Shown: piece by piece, positions 48,901 through 60,942 of the stretch
How positions within the stretch are numbered: position 1 is the first letter of the stretch
How the letters are laid out: each line of letters opens with the position of its first letter
Assembly (NCBI GenBank): GCA_001179505.1
Contig: CDMY01000263.1
Location: 1-64,000 of the forward strand
Origin: Vitrella brassicaformis CCMP3155
Lineage: Eukaryota; Protista; Chromerida
Direction: 5' to 3'
Length of the DNA stretch: 64,000 nt
The notes under the pieces: model-generated
Seen by the model: only the letters and a program-made list of their open reading frames with translations
Databases searched by the model: none
Told to the model about the DNA's origin: nothing
Program-made: the position numbers and the translations under genes

Positions 48901-51900
48901 GCACACCACTGGGGGGAAACACACACGCAGCACAGGACAGGGAGATGCCCACACGAGTGGATGCGATCCGATCCGCTTGTAGGGTGGTGTGGTGCGTTGC
49001 ATGGCATGCCTGGTGAGGCGTTTGAGGACCAAGTGAGCGGGACCTCGTGTGGGGTCGTTGATGTTGTGCACCTCCTCTTCCTCACTCAGCCCATGGGGGT
49101 ACAGCCGGCCCTCCAGCACACCATACCGACACTTGATGCCGCTCGTCTCCAGACGCGTACCCTTTGCCGTCACTGCACACACACACACAGAGTGCTTTCA
49201 TTGGTCTCCCTCCCTCCCCCCCTCCCCCTTGTGTCTGTCTGTCTATCTGGGCTCACATCCAGTGGTCCTCTGGAGGTCCGAGAATTCGATGCGGATCTGG
49301 TCGTCGTCGACAATGACATCCGGTCCCTTGGTAATGTCCATTGTCAGGTCCACGGCGCCGCCCTGCCTCTCTGCCTCGGTCAGCAGCTGGGCCTTGTTCA
49401 GCATGTCAGGCCGACCCACCAAGCCCCTCTCTCTCGGCAGCAGGAGGGGGGCGCACTTGGTGGTGTTGGACGACACACCGCATATCAGCGCACTGGGGGA
49501 GTCGTCCTTTGAGAAGAACAGACCGATGTGCTCGGGCGACCGGGTCGTAAGGTACAGCAGGGGCCGCAGCGTCACACCGAAGGCGTCGAAGGGCGTGCCT
49601 TGGAGGGGCTCGTCGTCAGCCAAATCCTCGCACAGAGACAGCAGCCCTTTGAGGTTGGTAACTCGCACAATGAACCGGTTCGAACTCTGAACACGACCAA
49701 TCAACACAACACACTATAGTGTGGGTGGGCATGTCATGTGTGTATGGCCAGGCATGCCGTTCCTCCCTCCCTCTCTCTCCCTCTGACTGACCTCTTCCTT
49801 GAGTTGCAGTCCTCCCTTGAGCAGGTCCAGCTGTATGGCCAGCAGTCCGCCCGTCTCCTGCGCCGCCCTCGTGAGCATCCCACGCTCGAACAGGTCAGGC
49901 GACCCCATGCAGTCAGTGCCGGGGGGCAGCACCAGAACACGCGGCTGCCCACCATTGCAGGAGGTCTTGTAGGTGATGGCCTCGCCGTCTTTGCGGCGGC
50001 AGCACTCGAGGTAGAAGGCCGCCGTGCTGTTGGATGCGCTGCCCGACTCCCCTGCCGGGCACAGCAGCGCCTGCAAAACGCTGTCGTGGAAACGGAACGG
50101 CTCGAAGTCAACAGCATAGCCCTGATAGACAGATAGACGACGGACGGAGGGAAAGAGAGGGGGGGGATTCAGAACAGAACACGAGTGTCGGTTCGTCGTG
50201 GTTGCTGTCCGTGTGGGTGTGTGTGTCTGTGTGTCTTACGGGCATGCTTGCGCGTGCAATGAGGTCGTAGTTTGGAATGAGCAAGGCGAACCGACCAGAC
50301 ATCTACACACACACACACACACAATCAGTATGTGACAGCAAGTCAAGTCTCCCGCGTTGTCCTGCTCTTGTCTTGTTGTGTGTCCCCTCCCTCACCGCCG
50401 AGTCTTCCACGAGGAAGGGCCCGGGTATGATGTGTGCCGTCATCTCGAGTGCGCCCTTGTTGCCCTTGGCCACACTCTCGAGCGCATCCGCGTCGAAGAA
50501 GTCACGCCGTCCGTCAGTGCGGCTGTTGGAGAAGATGACCACGGGGGGATATGGCTTGGAGCCCATCTCCGCCACCAGACTGAGGGACGACGCCTCATAC
50601 GCCGCTGTGCCGTTGGTACTGGCCTCCTTGCTCCCTCGCATCTTGTCGCCCCCCGTGTCGTCTCGCTTGAGCAAGTAGAGTGCGGCCATCTTGGTCTCGC
50701 TCTTCTGGTCCCCTCGTGGACAGAGGAGCAGCTGCAGCTCCCTGGGGAGTGCGAAGGACTTGCTGGGCAGGGTGAGGGAGGCCAAGCCTCTGGGGGCGGG
50801 GGACGGCAGCAGGTCCGAGAGGTGGATATGCATGGCTGGGAGGCTGAAGGCCGCCGACTGGATGGCCGTGCCCCGCAGACACGCAGATGAGAAGTCGCTG
50901 AAGTGGGGGAAACGCAGCTTGAAGGACGACCAGCTGCTCCGCCCATCCACCGACTGCTCCAACACACACGCACTCCATGCCCGCCATCCCTGCCCTGCGT
51001 GGTTTGGTGTGTATTGCGACTTCACCCACCTTGATGGTGGGTCCCTTGATCATTCTGATCTTGATGGCAAGGCACCCCCGCGCCTTGGCAGCGATCGCCT
51101 CCAGGTGGCTGCCAGTGAAGTAGTCCACCCTCGATGGCTCGTCGGCAATGAGTGTCAGCGGCGGCCCCCCCGACACGTCATCCACCTTGGCTATGAGGGT
51201 GACCAGCTCGCTGCCGCCGCTCGTCTGGGTGATCTCCAGCACCGCCTTGTCTTTGTCCTTGCCCTGGCCTTCGCGGCCTCGTGGGTAGAGGACTGCCCGC
51301 ACGTATCTGTCGCCCCACTGTAGGGGGGTGGCCGGCTGGAGCGAGTCGCCGGGGCGGCAGTATGACAGCAGCGTTGGGAAGGCGTCTACCCTCAGCTCGA
51401 ACGTGCACGCCTCCTGCAGCATAGCATAGCATGACGGAGCAGATACCATACCAACCCGTTGATCCAACCCACGATTGTTCTGTGTTTGTTGTCCCGTATG
51501 TATCACCTGTATGTTCTCGAGCACGACAATGGACGGCGCCCTGACGACGGTGAGGTGCATCAGCAGGGCGTCGCCGGCCTTCATGGCCGCCTTGGCAAAC
51601 TGCCGCCTGTCCACCTGGAAGGGCTCAGCACTGGGGAGGGGGGGCGAGGTCCGGCCGGCCGCCTCAGCGACGAATACGACGGCGGTGCCCTTGGTGTTGG
51701 TGGCCTCGAGTGAGACGACAGGCCTGCCGTCGCCCCGGATGCCCTTGGGCCTGAGCGTGGCGACACAGGGGGTCGGTGTGGATGTGATGGGGACGGAGAC
51801 CATCTTGTCGTCGGCCTGCGACACCATGTCGATCAGCGACACGTCCTCCCAACGAACCACATACTGGGTCAGAGGCACACCCTGGTTGACAGTGACAAAC

Positions 51901-52518
51901 ACATCACATACAGAGAAATAAAGGGGAACCTCATCTAACTATCTTGTGCATGGTTGGTTCTGTCGCTCCCTTTCTTCCTCCGTCTTTCTTCCCTGACCTC
52001 AGCAGTGTGTGTGCAGGAGACCCTGGGCCCCTTGAGCAGCCGCACAGTGACCTCGACATTGCCGGGACTCTCACCCATGTCGAGAGTCGTCTTGGCATGC
52101 ACACTGTCAGCCCTCGTCAGGTCGCCCGATGCCATCTCCGTCGACTGCCCGCCGCCAGCCTCGGCCTTGAAGCTGAGGGACCCTTCATACTGTGTCAGCC
52201 GCACCACCGACACCGACACAGCATGGGTGGACGACGCCGACAGGCGGACGATAAACCGGTGTCGGCAGAACTCGATGGCCGGGCTGTCGATGGTCGAGGA
52301 CGACCGGGACAGGTCGAATGAGAGCTGGAAGGACTGCTCCTCCTGACACACACGCGCAGACGCACACAGACGAGCACAGCTTATCTTCTGTTGTGAGTCA
52401 TCTTCAGTGCCACATGCACGTGCATCTGGCCCACCGCTTTGTGTTTGATGATGGCGTCTATGCATTCGAGGGCCTCCTCACGCGAATCAAGTGCCTCCAG
52501 GCACAGAGGCAGCACCAT
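45964..52518 (-). CDS. Large protein of about 11 tandem divergent MATH/TRAF-like repeats
   Basis: The ORF blocks join through consistent GT-AG introns. Repeats begin with an F/Y-x-hydrophobic strand, have a central L-L-(Y/C)-P-x-G, and most end in hydrophobic-x-L/I-L/I-(K/R/E/P)-(G/A)-P. Confidence 0.7.
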
Positions 52519-52637
52519 CGCCTTGTACACTCAAGCTCAACTTCAAGTCAGCCAATCAGCCAGATCTCTCATATAAACCATGCTGCTCAGTCAGCGAACC
52601 GTCAGCAGTGGCTTGGCCGAACGGGAAGAAAGAACAT

Positions 52638-52656
52638 GAGCTCGCAGAGCTCGCAA
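52638..52656 (+). promoter_or_regulatory. Candidate promoter motif GAGCTCGCA x2
   Basis: Tandem copies at 52638 and 52647 in the 187-bp MATH-gene/MAP3K divergent gap. Confidence 0.5.
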
Positions 52657-52705
52657 AATTCTCGACGGTCACTCCCTTCCTTTGGTCGCTTCTTTCTTCG
52701 CTGCG

Positions 52706-55700
52706 ATGTCCTCTGCGGCATCTCCAGCGGCTCTCCCTCCAGGAGGGCTGCCAACTTCACCAACGCGACGGAAATACAGAGCCCATACGGCCAATCCATC
52801 GGTCAGACACACACACTGCTGCCATGCTCTCTGACAATGTGTGTGTTCCGCTGCAGACATCTCTGTCCGCTGCTGCAGCGGCAGCCGCCAGCTCGTATGT
52901 GGCGATTGAGACCGCCCCCCCGCCGAGACCTTTGACACCGGGCCCTCCACACGGCGGCAGACACAACGACATGTGGGGGCAGGGCGCACCCCGGCTGAAT
53001 CTGTCCAGCGACCTCCTCAGCGTCACGAGCATCGGACAGAACAGACAGACCCTCTCGCCCGCACCGCTGGACCTGTCGGCGGCGTTCAGTTCTCCGCTGG
53101 TGCTGTCGTCAAGGCGCAACGACAAGGCGGCGCACTTGCCACACATCGACCTGGCATCGCTGTTCCCGGCACACAGCGCCAGCCACGCACTCTCGCCAAT
53201 GACCAAGACCAAGACCACCAGGATGCCGCCGCAGTCACCATCGAGAGGTGACTGACGATGGGATGCATTCATGTGTGTCTCCTCCCTCCCTGCATGCCAT
53301 GCCATGCCGGTTTGGTTTGGTCATTTAGTGTATCGTGAGCACCGTGATCTCCGCACACTTGACGCCCCGTCCCCTTTCCCCTTCCCCCCCGCATCTCCAG
53401 CCGCCAGGACCACCTCGCCCTCCAGCAACACCAGGACTGCGCAAGGGGGAGCAGCAACAGCAACATCCGCTGCTGCATCCAGCCCGCCCCCCACCAGCAG
53501 CAGCAACGTCGAGATGGTGGTCGTGGGCGTGCGGCCGCCGCCAAACCCTCCACCATTTCCACACGGCCAGCCCCAGGGGCGGGCGAGGAGATATCACCAG
53601 CCTTTGAGACACTGCAATGTGGAGGCCACCAAGAGCCCGTCGGGTGGCGTCAAGGCTCTGTCTGTCAAGCCCCTAGAGAAGCACAAGGCGGAGATATGGG
53701 CTTTCGCCAAGTTCATGGCCCTCTTCAAGAACAATCCCTTCGACAAGGCGGGCAAGGGTGGGCGGCTTGGCAAGGCGGCCAACAAGCTGTTGCTGCCGCC
53801 AGGAGCAGCGGCGGGCAAGAAAGGCAGCGGGGGCCAGGCAGGTTCCGGCGGCAGACCCGACAGGGCGGCGGCTGGCTGGGTCAAAGTGCTGCAGAGCGCG
53901 GCCATGGAGGGCAAGAAATCCTCGGGGGACTCAAGCACATCCAGCTCCTCCAACCAGACGCCCGTCTGGGGCTCCTTCCAGAGCAGCCAGGGGGGTCCCG
54001 CGGCAGCCAACAAGCCTCCGGGCATTGCTGTGGGTGTGCTGGAGCAGCCCACGAGCGAGCCAGGCACGCCAGTCGAAAGGGAAGACCAGGACACCGTATC
54101 GTCGTCCGGTCCAGGCTCACGGCAGTCGGTTCAGTCAGAGCACAGGAGCAACAAAGGCTCAAGGACGCCCCCGCCACGTTTCAAGTACTCGGACATCTCT
54201 ATTAGGGAAGACCTCTCGGAGGCCGATGTGTCTGATCTTGAAGAGAGGAATTCTGTGATTCTGTTTGCGAAGCACCTGCCGATGGCCTTGTCGATGATAA
54301 GGGAGGGCAAGACAGCGAGGAGCGACCGCCATGCGGGAGGAGAAAGCAGTGGCGGCAACGACGATGTGGACGAGGAGCAGCTGTTCAACATATTGGATCT
54401 GCTGCAGACCCACGGGATCGACGTGCGTCAGAGCCTGTCGGTCTTCACCTCCCAGTGGGACGACGACACACACGCCAGGGGCAGCTTCGTCTCCGACTGG
54501 AACGACTGCATCTCACAGAGGACCTCACTCTACCCACTGGAGGAGGAGGAAGAACAGGGCCAACAACACAACGACAAGGACGAAACCCACGAGGATGACA
54601 AGACCCAATCGGACGTCGACAGGGATGCATTCTTCTACACAGCACGTGAGGGGGGCCTCCCCGCCGCCGAGTCTAACCACCCTCCAGAGGAGCCCGTCCG
54701 AGGTGAGCGTCGCAGCTGGGTGCCGCCACCTCCCCTGGTGACCAAGCCTGACCAGGACGGCTCGTCCTCATCGCCCAAGGACGGCAGCGGCAGTCCGGGG
54801 GTGTCTGTGCCAGCAACGCCCCGCCGTCTGCGGGGACAGACCATCAGCTGGCTGCGAGGAGACACTATCGGGGTGGGCTCACTCGGCAGAGTCTTCCACG
54901 TAGGTACAGAAATCAATCTACCGCACACATGAGTGACAGACATCCAGGGAGGGAGGGCACTGGGGACGGACATAACACGGGTCCGCTGTGTTGTGTGCAA
55001 TTGTGTGAAGGGTTTGAATGAGAAGACCGGTGGCACGTTGGCTGTCAAGGAGGTCCTCATCGACCCCCACAGCGAGGAAGACAAAATGTTCGCTGAGGTG
55101 GGCACGCAGGCAGGCTGGCAGGCCGGCGGACACGCCACAAGACGAGTGAGTCTGTGCGGTTGCGTGTTGTGTGTGTGCAGGCCTTGCAGCACGAGGTGTC
55201 GCTGCTTGAAGACCTGCAGCACGAGCACATCTGTCACTACTATGGTGGGCCAGCAGGGTTGGACAAAGACACATTCACAAAGGAAAGTGTGTGTGTGTGT
55301 GTGTGTGTAGGGAAGGACATCATAGGTGACCGTTTGTATGTGTATCTGGAGTACATGCCGGGCGGCAGTGTGGCGGCGGCCCTGGAGCAGTTTGGGGCCT
55401 TCGACGAGTCCCTCATCGCCACCTACACCAAACAAATACTCATGGGACTACAATATCTACACAACAAGAACATCATACACCGGTGCGTTCGAGTTGGTTG
55501 GGCAACGCAACCTGACCTGGGTGTGTCTGTCTTGTGTTGATGTATGTGTGTGTGTGTGTGCGTGTGTGTTGGTCCGTCCATTCATTCATTCAGTGACATC
55601 AAGGGTGCCAACATATTGATAGGGCTGCACTGCACCGTCAAGCTGACCGACTTCGGATGCTCCAAGAGAAGCGAACACTCTATGGCACAAACCATGAAGG

Positions 55701-56161
55701 GCAAGCAACACACAACAAACAAACGACGCCAAATGAGACATGGTGCCCCGTGTGTGTGTGTGCAGGCTCGGTGCTGTGGATGGCGCCCGAGGTGATGAAG
55801 GGCGGCGAGAAGGGCTACGGGCGCAAGGCGGACATCTGGTCGCTGGGGTGCGTCATAGTCGAGATGGCCACCGCACGGCACCCTTGGGAAACGGACACCT
55901 TCAAATTCGACAACGAACTCGCGGCCATGTTCAAAATCGCCATGACACAGGCACGCGTGTGTGTTGCAGACAGACATTCATTACATGGCTCGCTCTCTCT
56001 CTCTCTCTGTGTGGGGAGTGTGTGCAATGCTGCAGGAGACACCGCCCATTCCGTCTCATTTGTCAGTGTGTTGCCAGGATTTCCTCAGCAGGTGTTTCCA
56101 GCGTGACCCCGAGGCAAGGCCAGAGGCGGCCGAGCTGCTTGAACACCCATTCGTACTCTGA
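52706..56161 (+). CDS. STE11/MEKK-type MAP kinase kinase kinase (long disordered N-terminus, C-terminal kinase domain)
   Basis: WLRGDTIGVGSLGRV, LAVKEV, LEYMPGGSV, HRDIKGANIL, VKLTDFGCSK, GSVLWMAPEV, DIWSLGC, MATARHPW and AMFKIA...PPIP. Confidence 0.93.
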
Positions 56162-58227
56162 ACAGCAGACATGAATGACAACACACATACGTACACACAG
56201 ACGTACAGTGAGTACATGGACAGCTCGATCGATTGTTCTGATATCCCCTGCATGCCATGTGTTTGGGCGGGCGATCGGTGATCCACGCCATGAATATTTA
56301 TCGGCTTTCTGTGGCTGTTTTGCTGTCTTTATCGGCTCCTTTTCCTTTCCGTGAGGGTGCGTGCGCGTCTTCGTGAGTGCATGTCTGTCTGTCGAGTGTG
56401 AGCTGAGCCCCCACCAGTAGTGTAAGGGCAACAGACAGACGGACAGCTCTGGAATGAGCGGACGGATGGATGTAGGACCCGACCCACCCGATCTGCTCGG
56501 AATACATGTGTTGGATGGATGGATGCTGGATGCTGTGCTGTCCCTTTCCGCCTCGTCTCGTGTCAGTTCATTTCGGTGCAAATTCGAAATTCGATATGAG
56601 CAGGTAGGTCCGGTCCACCCACCCCACATGCACATCACGCACACACTCATCACAGCACCTCCATCCCTTCTCTTGCCAGGGCCAACCAAGATCCCCAGCT
56701 CATGCTCCTCCTTGACGGCCGCAAGCTGGAGAGACGACCAGCCTACGGCAACCAAGGAGGCAAGCAAGTCAGAGAAGTTGGTCGGCTGTGTCAGTCACGA
56801 GGGCACTAAAGGCGTGCACATCACATCCCATCATGTCTGTCGGCATGATCATGATCAGCGACAAAAGCAAGCAAACGCCATGGCTGGTGCAGACACCGCA
56901 CCCACACAGCAGCAGAGCATAGATGGCATCGCATAGGTGTCAGTCATCAGAATGCCGCTTGGTCCGGTCAGGTCATGCGCAACGTCATAACGATACATAC
57001 ACACACCAGACTGGCGGTGTGTGGCTGTTGGTGGACTTCCCGTGTCCTGCAAACTCGCCACACACCGACGGCACCGCACACAATCAGCGACACACCACAT
57101 CACATCAAGCATGCCACACACACAGGAAGGACACGTACACGACACGACATGCACTGGACAGACATAATAAGGGAGACACCCACCCACCCACCCGCTGGTT
57201 CTTCTCCCCATCCGACTGTTGTCTGCACAGCGAGCGATCTCTCTCTCTCTCTCAATTCTCTCTCTCTGTGTATGTGTGCGTGACTTATAAATGGCCCCAA
57301 TCGGTGCATCCATCCATCCATCCACCCCCGTGTGGGTGACGTTGGGGGTCTGTCTCTCATCTCAGTTTGCTATGGTCGACGTCATGTCGGGCAAAAAAAT
57401 GTCACTCATCGACGTCACTGGTCCGTCCCCACACATGTACCTGTCTGTCTGTCTGTCTGACTGTCTGTGTGTCTTGTATGAATGGATCAAGGCCGTCCGT
57501 CCGTCCGTCCGTCCGTCATCGCTCCCTTCCAGCTAGCTAGTGGGTCTGCCTATACACACCCGCCCACCCTCACCATCCACCCCACCAAAATGAAGGTCAA
57601 GTCCGTCCTTCACGGCCACACCGCCCACTCCCTTGGCACCCAAACAGCATCCACACCACACCACACCACACATGAGTCTTTCGTCCATCCATCTGTTGTC
57701 TCCGGCTCACGCCCGCGAGACTCCAGCGAACACCATCGATCATCAACCACCAGCACCCCTTTCCTTTCGTCTCTGGCTCCTGTGCGTGCGGCGTGGCGTG
57801 CGTCCATCGAACACATTTATCACATGCATCCATCAACCAGCACCAGCTCCCTGCATCGTATCGCCGTGTATGCCGCTATGTCTGTCTGTCTTTCTGTCTG
57901 TCTGGCTGTATGGAATATCAATTGATATGTAAAGTAAAACGAGAGAGACAACAGTGAGTGAGTGAGTGAGTGGGAAGGAGAGAGAGGAGAGAGAGCGAGG
58001 GAGGCAGGCATGTATGTATGCAAGTGAGCAAACAGACGTCTCCCGTCACGGGGAGCTGAAATTCTGTTCTTGGGTCACTCACTCACACTGACGTACGCAC
58101 GCACATCAACACAGCACGTCTTCCAGACACACCCCACACGGCAAGGAGCAGCAGCGGAGCACCGGCCATCGATCACCAATCATCCATCCATGCTTCCATC
58201 CAGCCAGCCATCAACAAGCCCCCAACG

Positions 58228-60867
58228 TCATAGCGGACGGACACCCTGACGCACCACAAACCACCACAACACACAACAACACAAACAGACGAATGGCGGC
58301 AACCCCCACATGACATGACGCCCTCTCTCCCTCCCTCGTGTGTCGTGTCAGTCATGCCCCTCTTACTTACCCTCATGGGTGGCGGGAACGTGGCGATGTT
58401 GTGCTGCTGCTGCTGGTTAACCACGATGATGTGGGCAGCCTGTGGTGGGGGTGGGTAGTGGGGGTGGAAGGACGGGGGCATCGGCAGCGGCTGCGGCATG
58501 ACCGACACAGGGGGTGGGGAGGCACATGGGGTGCTGTTGTGTGAGGTGCGAAGGTCCTGCTCGCCGTGTGCGTGTCTGCACGAGTCGCCCGCTCGGCAGT
58601 AGCCCGCCAGCCAGAAGGCGCACAACTGGGTCTTGTACAAGTCGTCGGTGCCACGCAGCTCCTCCAGGGAATGGGCAAACTTGCACTCATTCGATGACCT
58701 GAATCCAATATATCAACACACAACACACCACACCGGTATGTATCGGGTGGGGTGGGGTGGGGTGGGGTGGGCTGTGTGTGAGGGTGTCTGTCGGATGGTC
58801 TGTGCTGTGCACACCACACGTACCTCTTGCAGATGCCGGCCTTGAGCAATGGGCACATTCGAGTTTTGAGCTTGGGGTTGTCATCGACCGACAGCAGCAT
58901 CTGCTGCACCGTCTTGTGCAGAAACGGACACGACGCACCCCGCGAACATATGCCCTGATGGATGCATCGATGACATGACAACACACACACGTGGGGCTGC
59001 TTAAGCTGCACCCATTGGTTCCTCCTTGGCTGACAGACAGACCGACCTGTTTGAAGAACTTGCACATCCTCAGCCGTTTCCGCTTCTTCTTGTTGGCCCC
59101 ATCTGTGTCATCGCCGCCCTCGCCCAGCCTGCCAGCCCCCTCCCGTCCCGCACTGTCGTCCTCGGTGGCCTCGCGCGCCGCCACCCCGCACCCCTCGATG
59201 AGCTCGATGTCGATGGCCTCGTCCAGGTCGTCGTCGATGAGGACGCGGTCACCGTCGTACGACACGGCCTGGTCGCCCTCCTGCCCCCTGCCAGCGGACC
59301 GCTTGTTGCGCATGTGGATGCCGATGAGGGGGATGGGGGCGTCCTCGATGTCGCGCGGGCCCTGGCGGCCCAGCCACTGGTCGATGACACACAGAGGGGG
59401 GTAGTCGCGGTTCTGGGGGCTGGAGCCGCCTGTCGCCTCGGAGGAGGACCGGAGTACGGGGCCAGACGACGAGGTGCGTGTGTCGGGCTGCTGCGCTGCG
59501 TTGGCGGCCGCAAACCTCTCGGGCTCCACTCGCTTGAGGGCGAAGTCCAGGTCGCTGTCCTCTGCACTTATACGCCACACGCGGCTATCCCTCTCCTTGT
59601 TGCTGATCCGCTCAGCGGGGGCCGGCATCTCGCTGGCCGCCCTCGCAGAGACCTCGACCGTCGCTTGTGGCTCCTTGCTGCCGAGGAGAATCGACGAGAG
59701 CGACGGCAGCGTATCCCCCGACGACGCATTCCCCTTGTCGTCACTGTCGCTCTTGAGCCTCTCGGCTGTGCTCTTCCTGGCCGGCGCGTTGAAGATCTTG
59801 CGGCTCTTGAGCACCGACCGAGACGGCGATGCGGTGGATGCCGGGGGCGTCGACACAGTGGGCTGCCTCCACTCGGGTGCGACGATGCTGGGCGGGGCAT
59901 GGATGGTGCTCTGGACGAGAGGCATGAAGCATGCCGGGTCACGGCACTCGAAGCGGCCGGGGGGAGGGGGAGGGGGAGGGGGCTGGGGCAGCGATGGGGC
60001 AGCCCCCACGATTGCGGGACGGACAGGTGATGCGGGTGGGTCGGGGCTGGCGACAGGCAGGTCGGCCATCCTGGTTGACACACAGCATGTTTCAGGATAC
60101 GTACAAGACAGTTACCATGTGTCCATGTCCGTGTGGCTGTGTGTCTTGCGTGTTGTCTGTCCTGTCCTGACTCACCGGTTGGCTTGCACCACGTGTTGGT
60201 CGATGTCGGTGGGGCCTCTGGTGCTCTGTGGGACCGGTGATGTGGGCTGTGAGAGGGAGGGGGGAAGATCGGAGCTGCCCTCAGCCTGTGCTGTCTGGAG
60301 GGGGGGCACCACCGGCTCGTCTGGCGGCGTCTTGTCGAATCCTGGGCATCCCTCACTGCTCTCGCACCCACACGCACATGGCTCGATGTCTATCGCCGCC
60401 TCCACACCGCCCGCCGCCTCAGCCTTCTCTTGATCTTTCCCCTGCATCACACACAGACAAGACGGCCCGACAGTTGCCCACCTCCCCTCCCCTCCCTCTC
60501 CCTGTTCTCAGATGCGTCTCATTACCTGGTCAGCCTGACCCCCCGCCTCCTGAACGTCGTCAGATGCACCCCGAGACGCTGAGGGCGATGAGTCGACATC
60601 GGTGACGAACCCCTCCTCATGGCTGCCCGATGAGCTCTTCCGCCTGCCGATGCCGGGGCACTCCTCAGACTTGAAGTCACATCCGCACTCGCAGTCTGAC
60701 AGGGCGTCGTCGTCCAGGTCATCGACAGCAGCACCCTTGCCGCCCTCGCGCATATCGAGGTCGAGAGCCGCGTTGAACTTGGCTGCCACCTCATCCATGG
60801 CCGTCACGTCTTGGACACTCAGCCGACGCAGATTCTCATTGGCCGAGAGAGCGGTTTCGCGGACCAT
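58228..60867 (-). CDS. Tandem 3x CCCH zinc-finger RNA-binding protein (TIS11-like)
   Basis: Spliced fingers CKFFKQGICSRGASCPFLH, KTRMCPLLKAGICKRSSNECKFAH and YKTQLCAFWLAGYCRAGDSCRHAH. The last exon is uncertain. Confidence 0.88.
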
Positions 60868-60942
60868 GCGATCTTAGCTCGGCGCTTCGGTGGACATGGC
60901 TGACAGGACGTGCCTCCCGTTCCGCCCTGTCCGTTAAGGAGG

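Noticed and set aside
45964-52465. Treating the minus-strand ORFs here as five to eight separate small genes
   Set aside because: They lack their own starts, end at GT donors, begin at AG acceptors and share one repeat signature, so a single gene is the simpler reading.
56300-58170. Possible small gene(s) between the MAP3K and CCCH genes (ORFs 56454..56936, 57482..57925)
   Set aside because: Some splice-like sites are present, but no coherent frame or motif emerges, and the region is rich in microsatellites. UTR or non-coding is more likely, though RNA-seq could overturn this.
59026-60433. Long plus-strand ORFs (334 aa and 319 aa)
   Set aside because: They are antisense to the large exon of the CCCH gene and have no motifs of their own.
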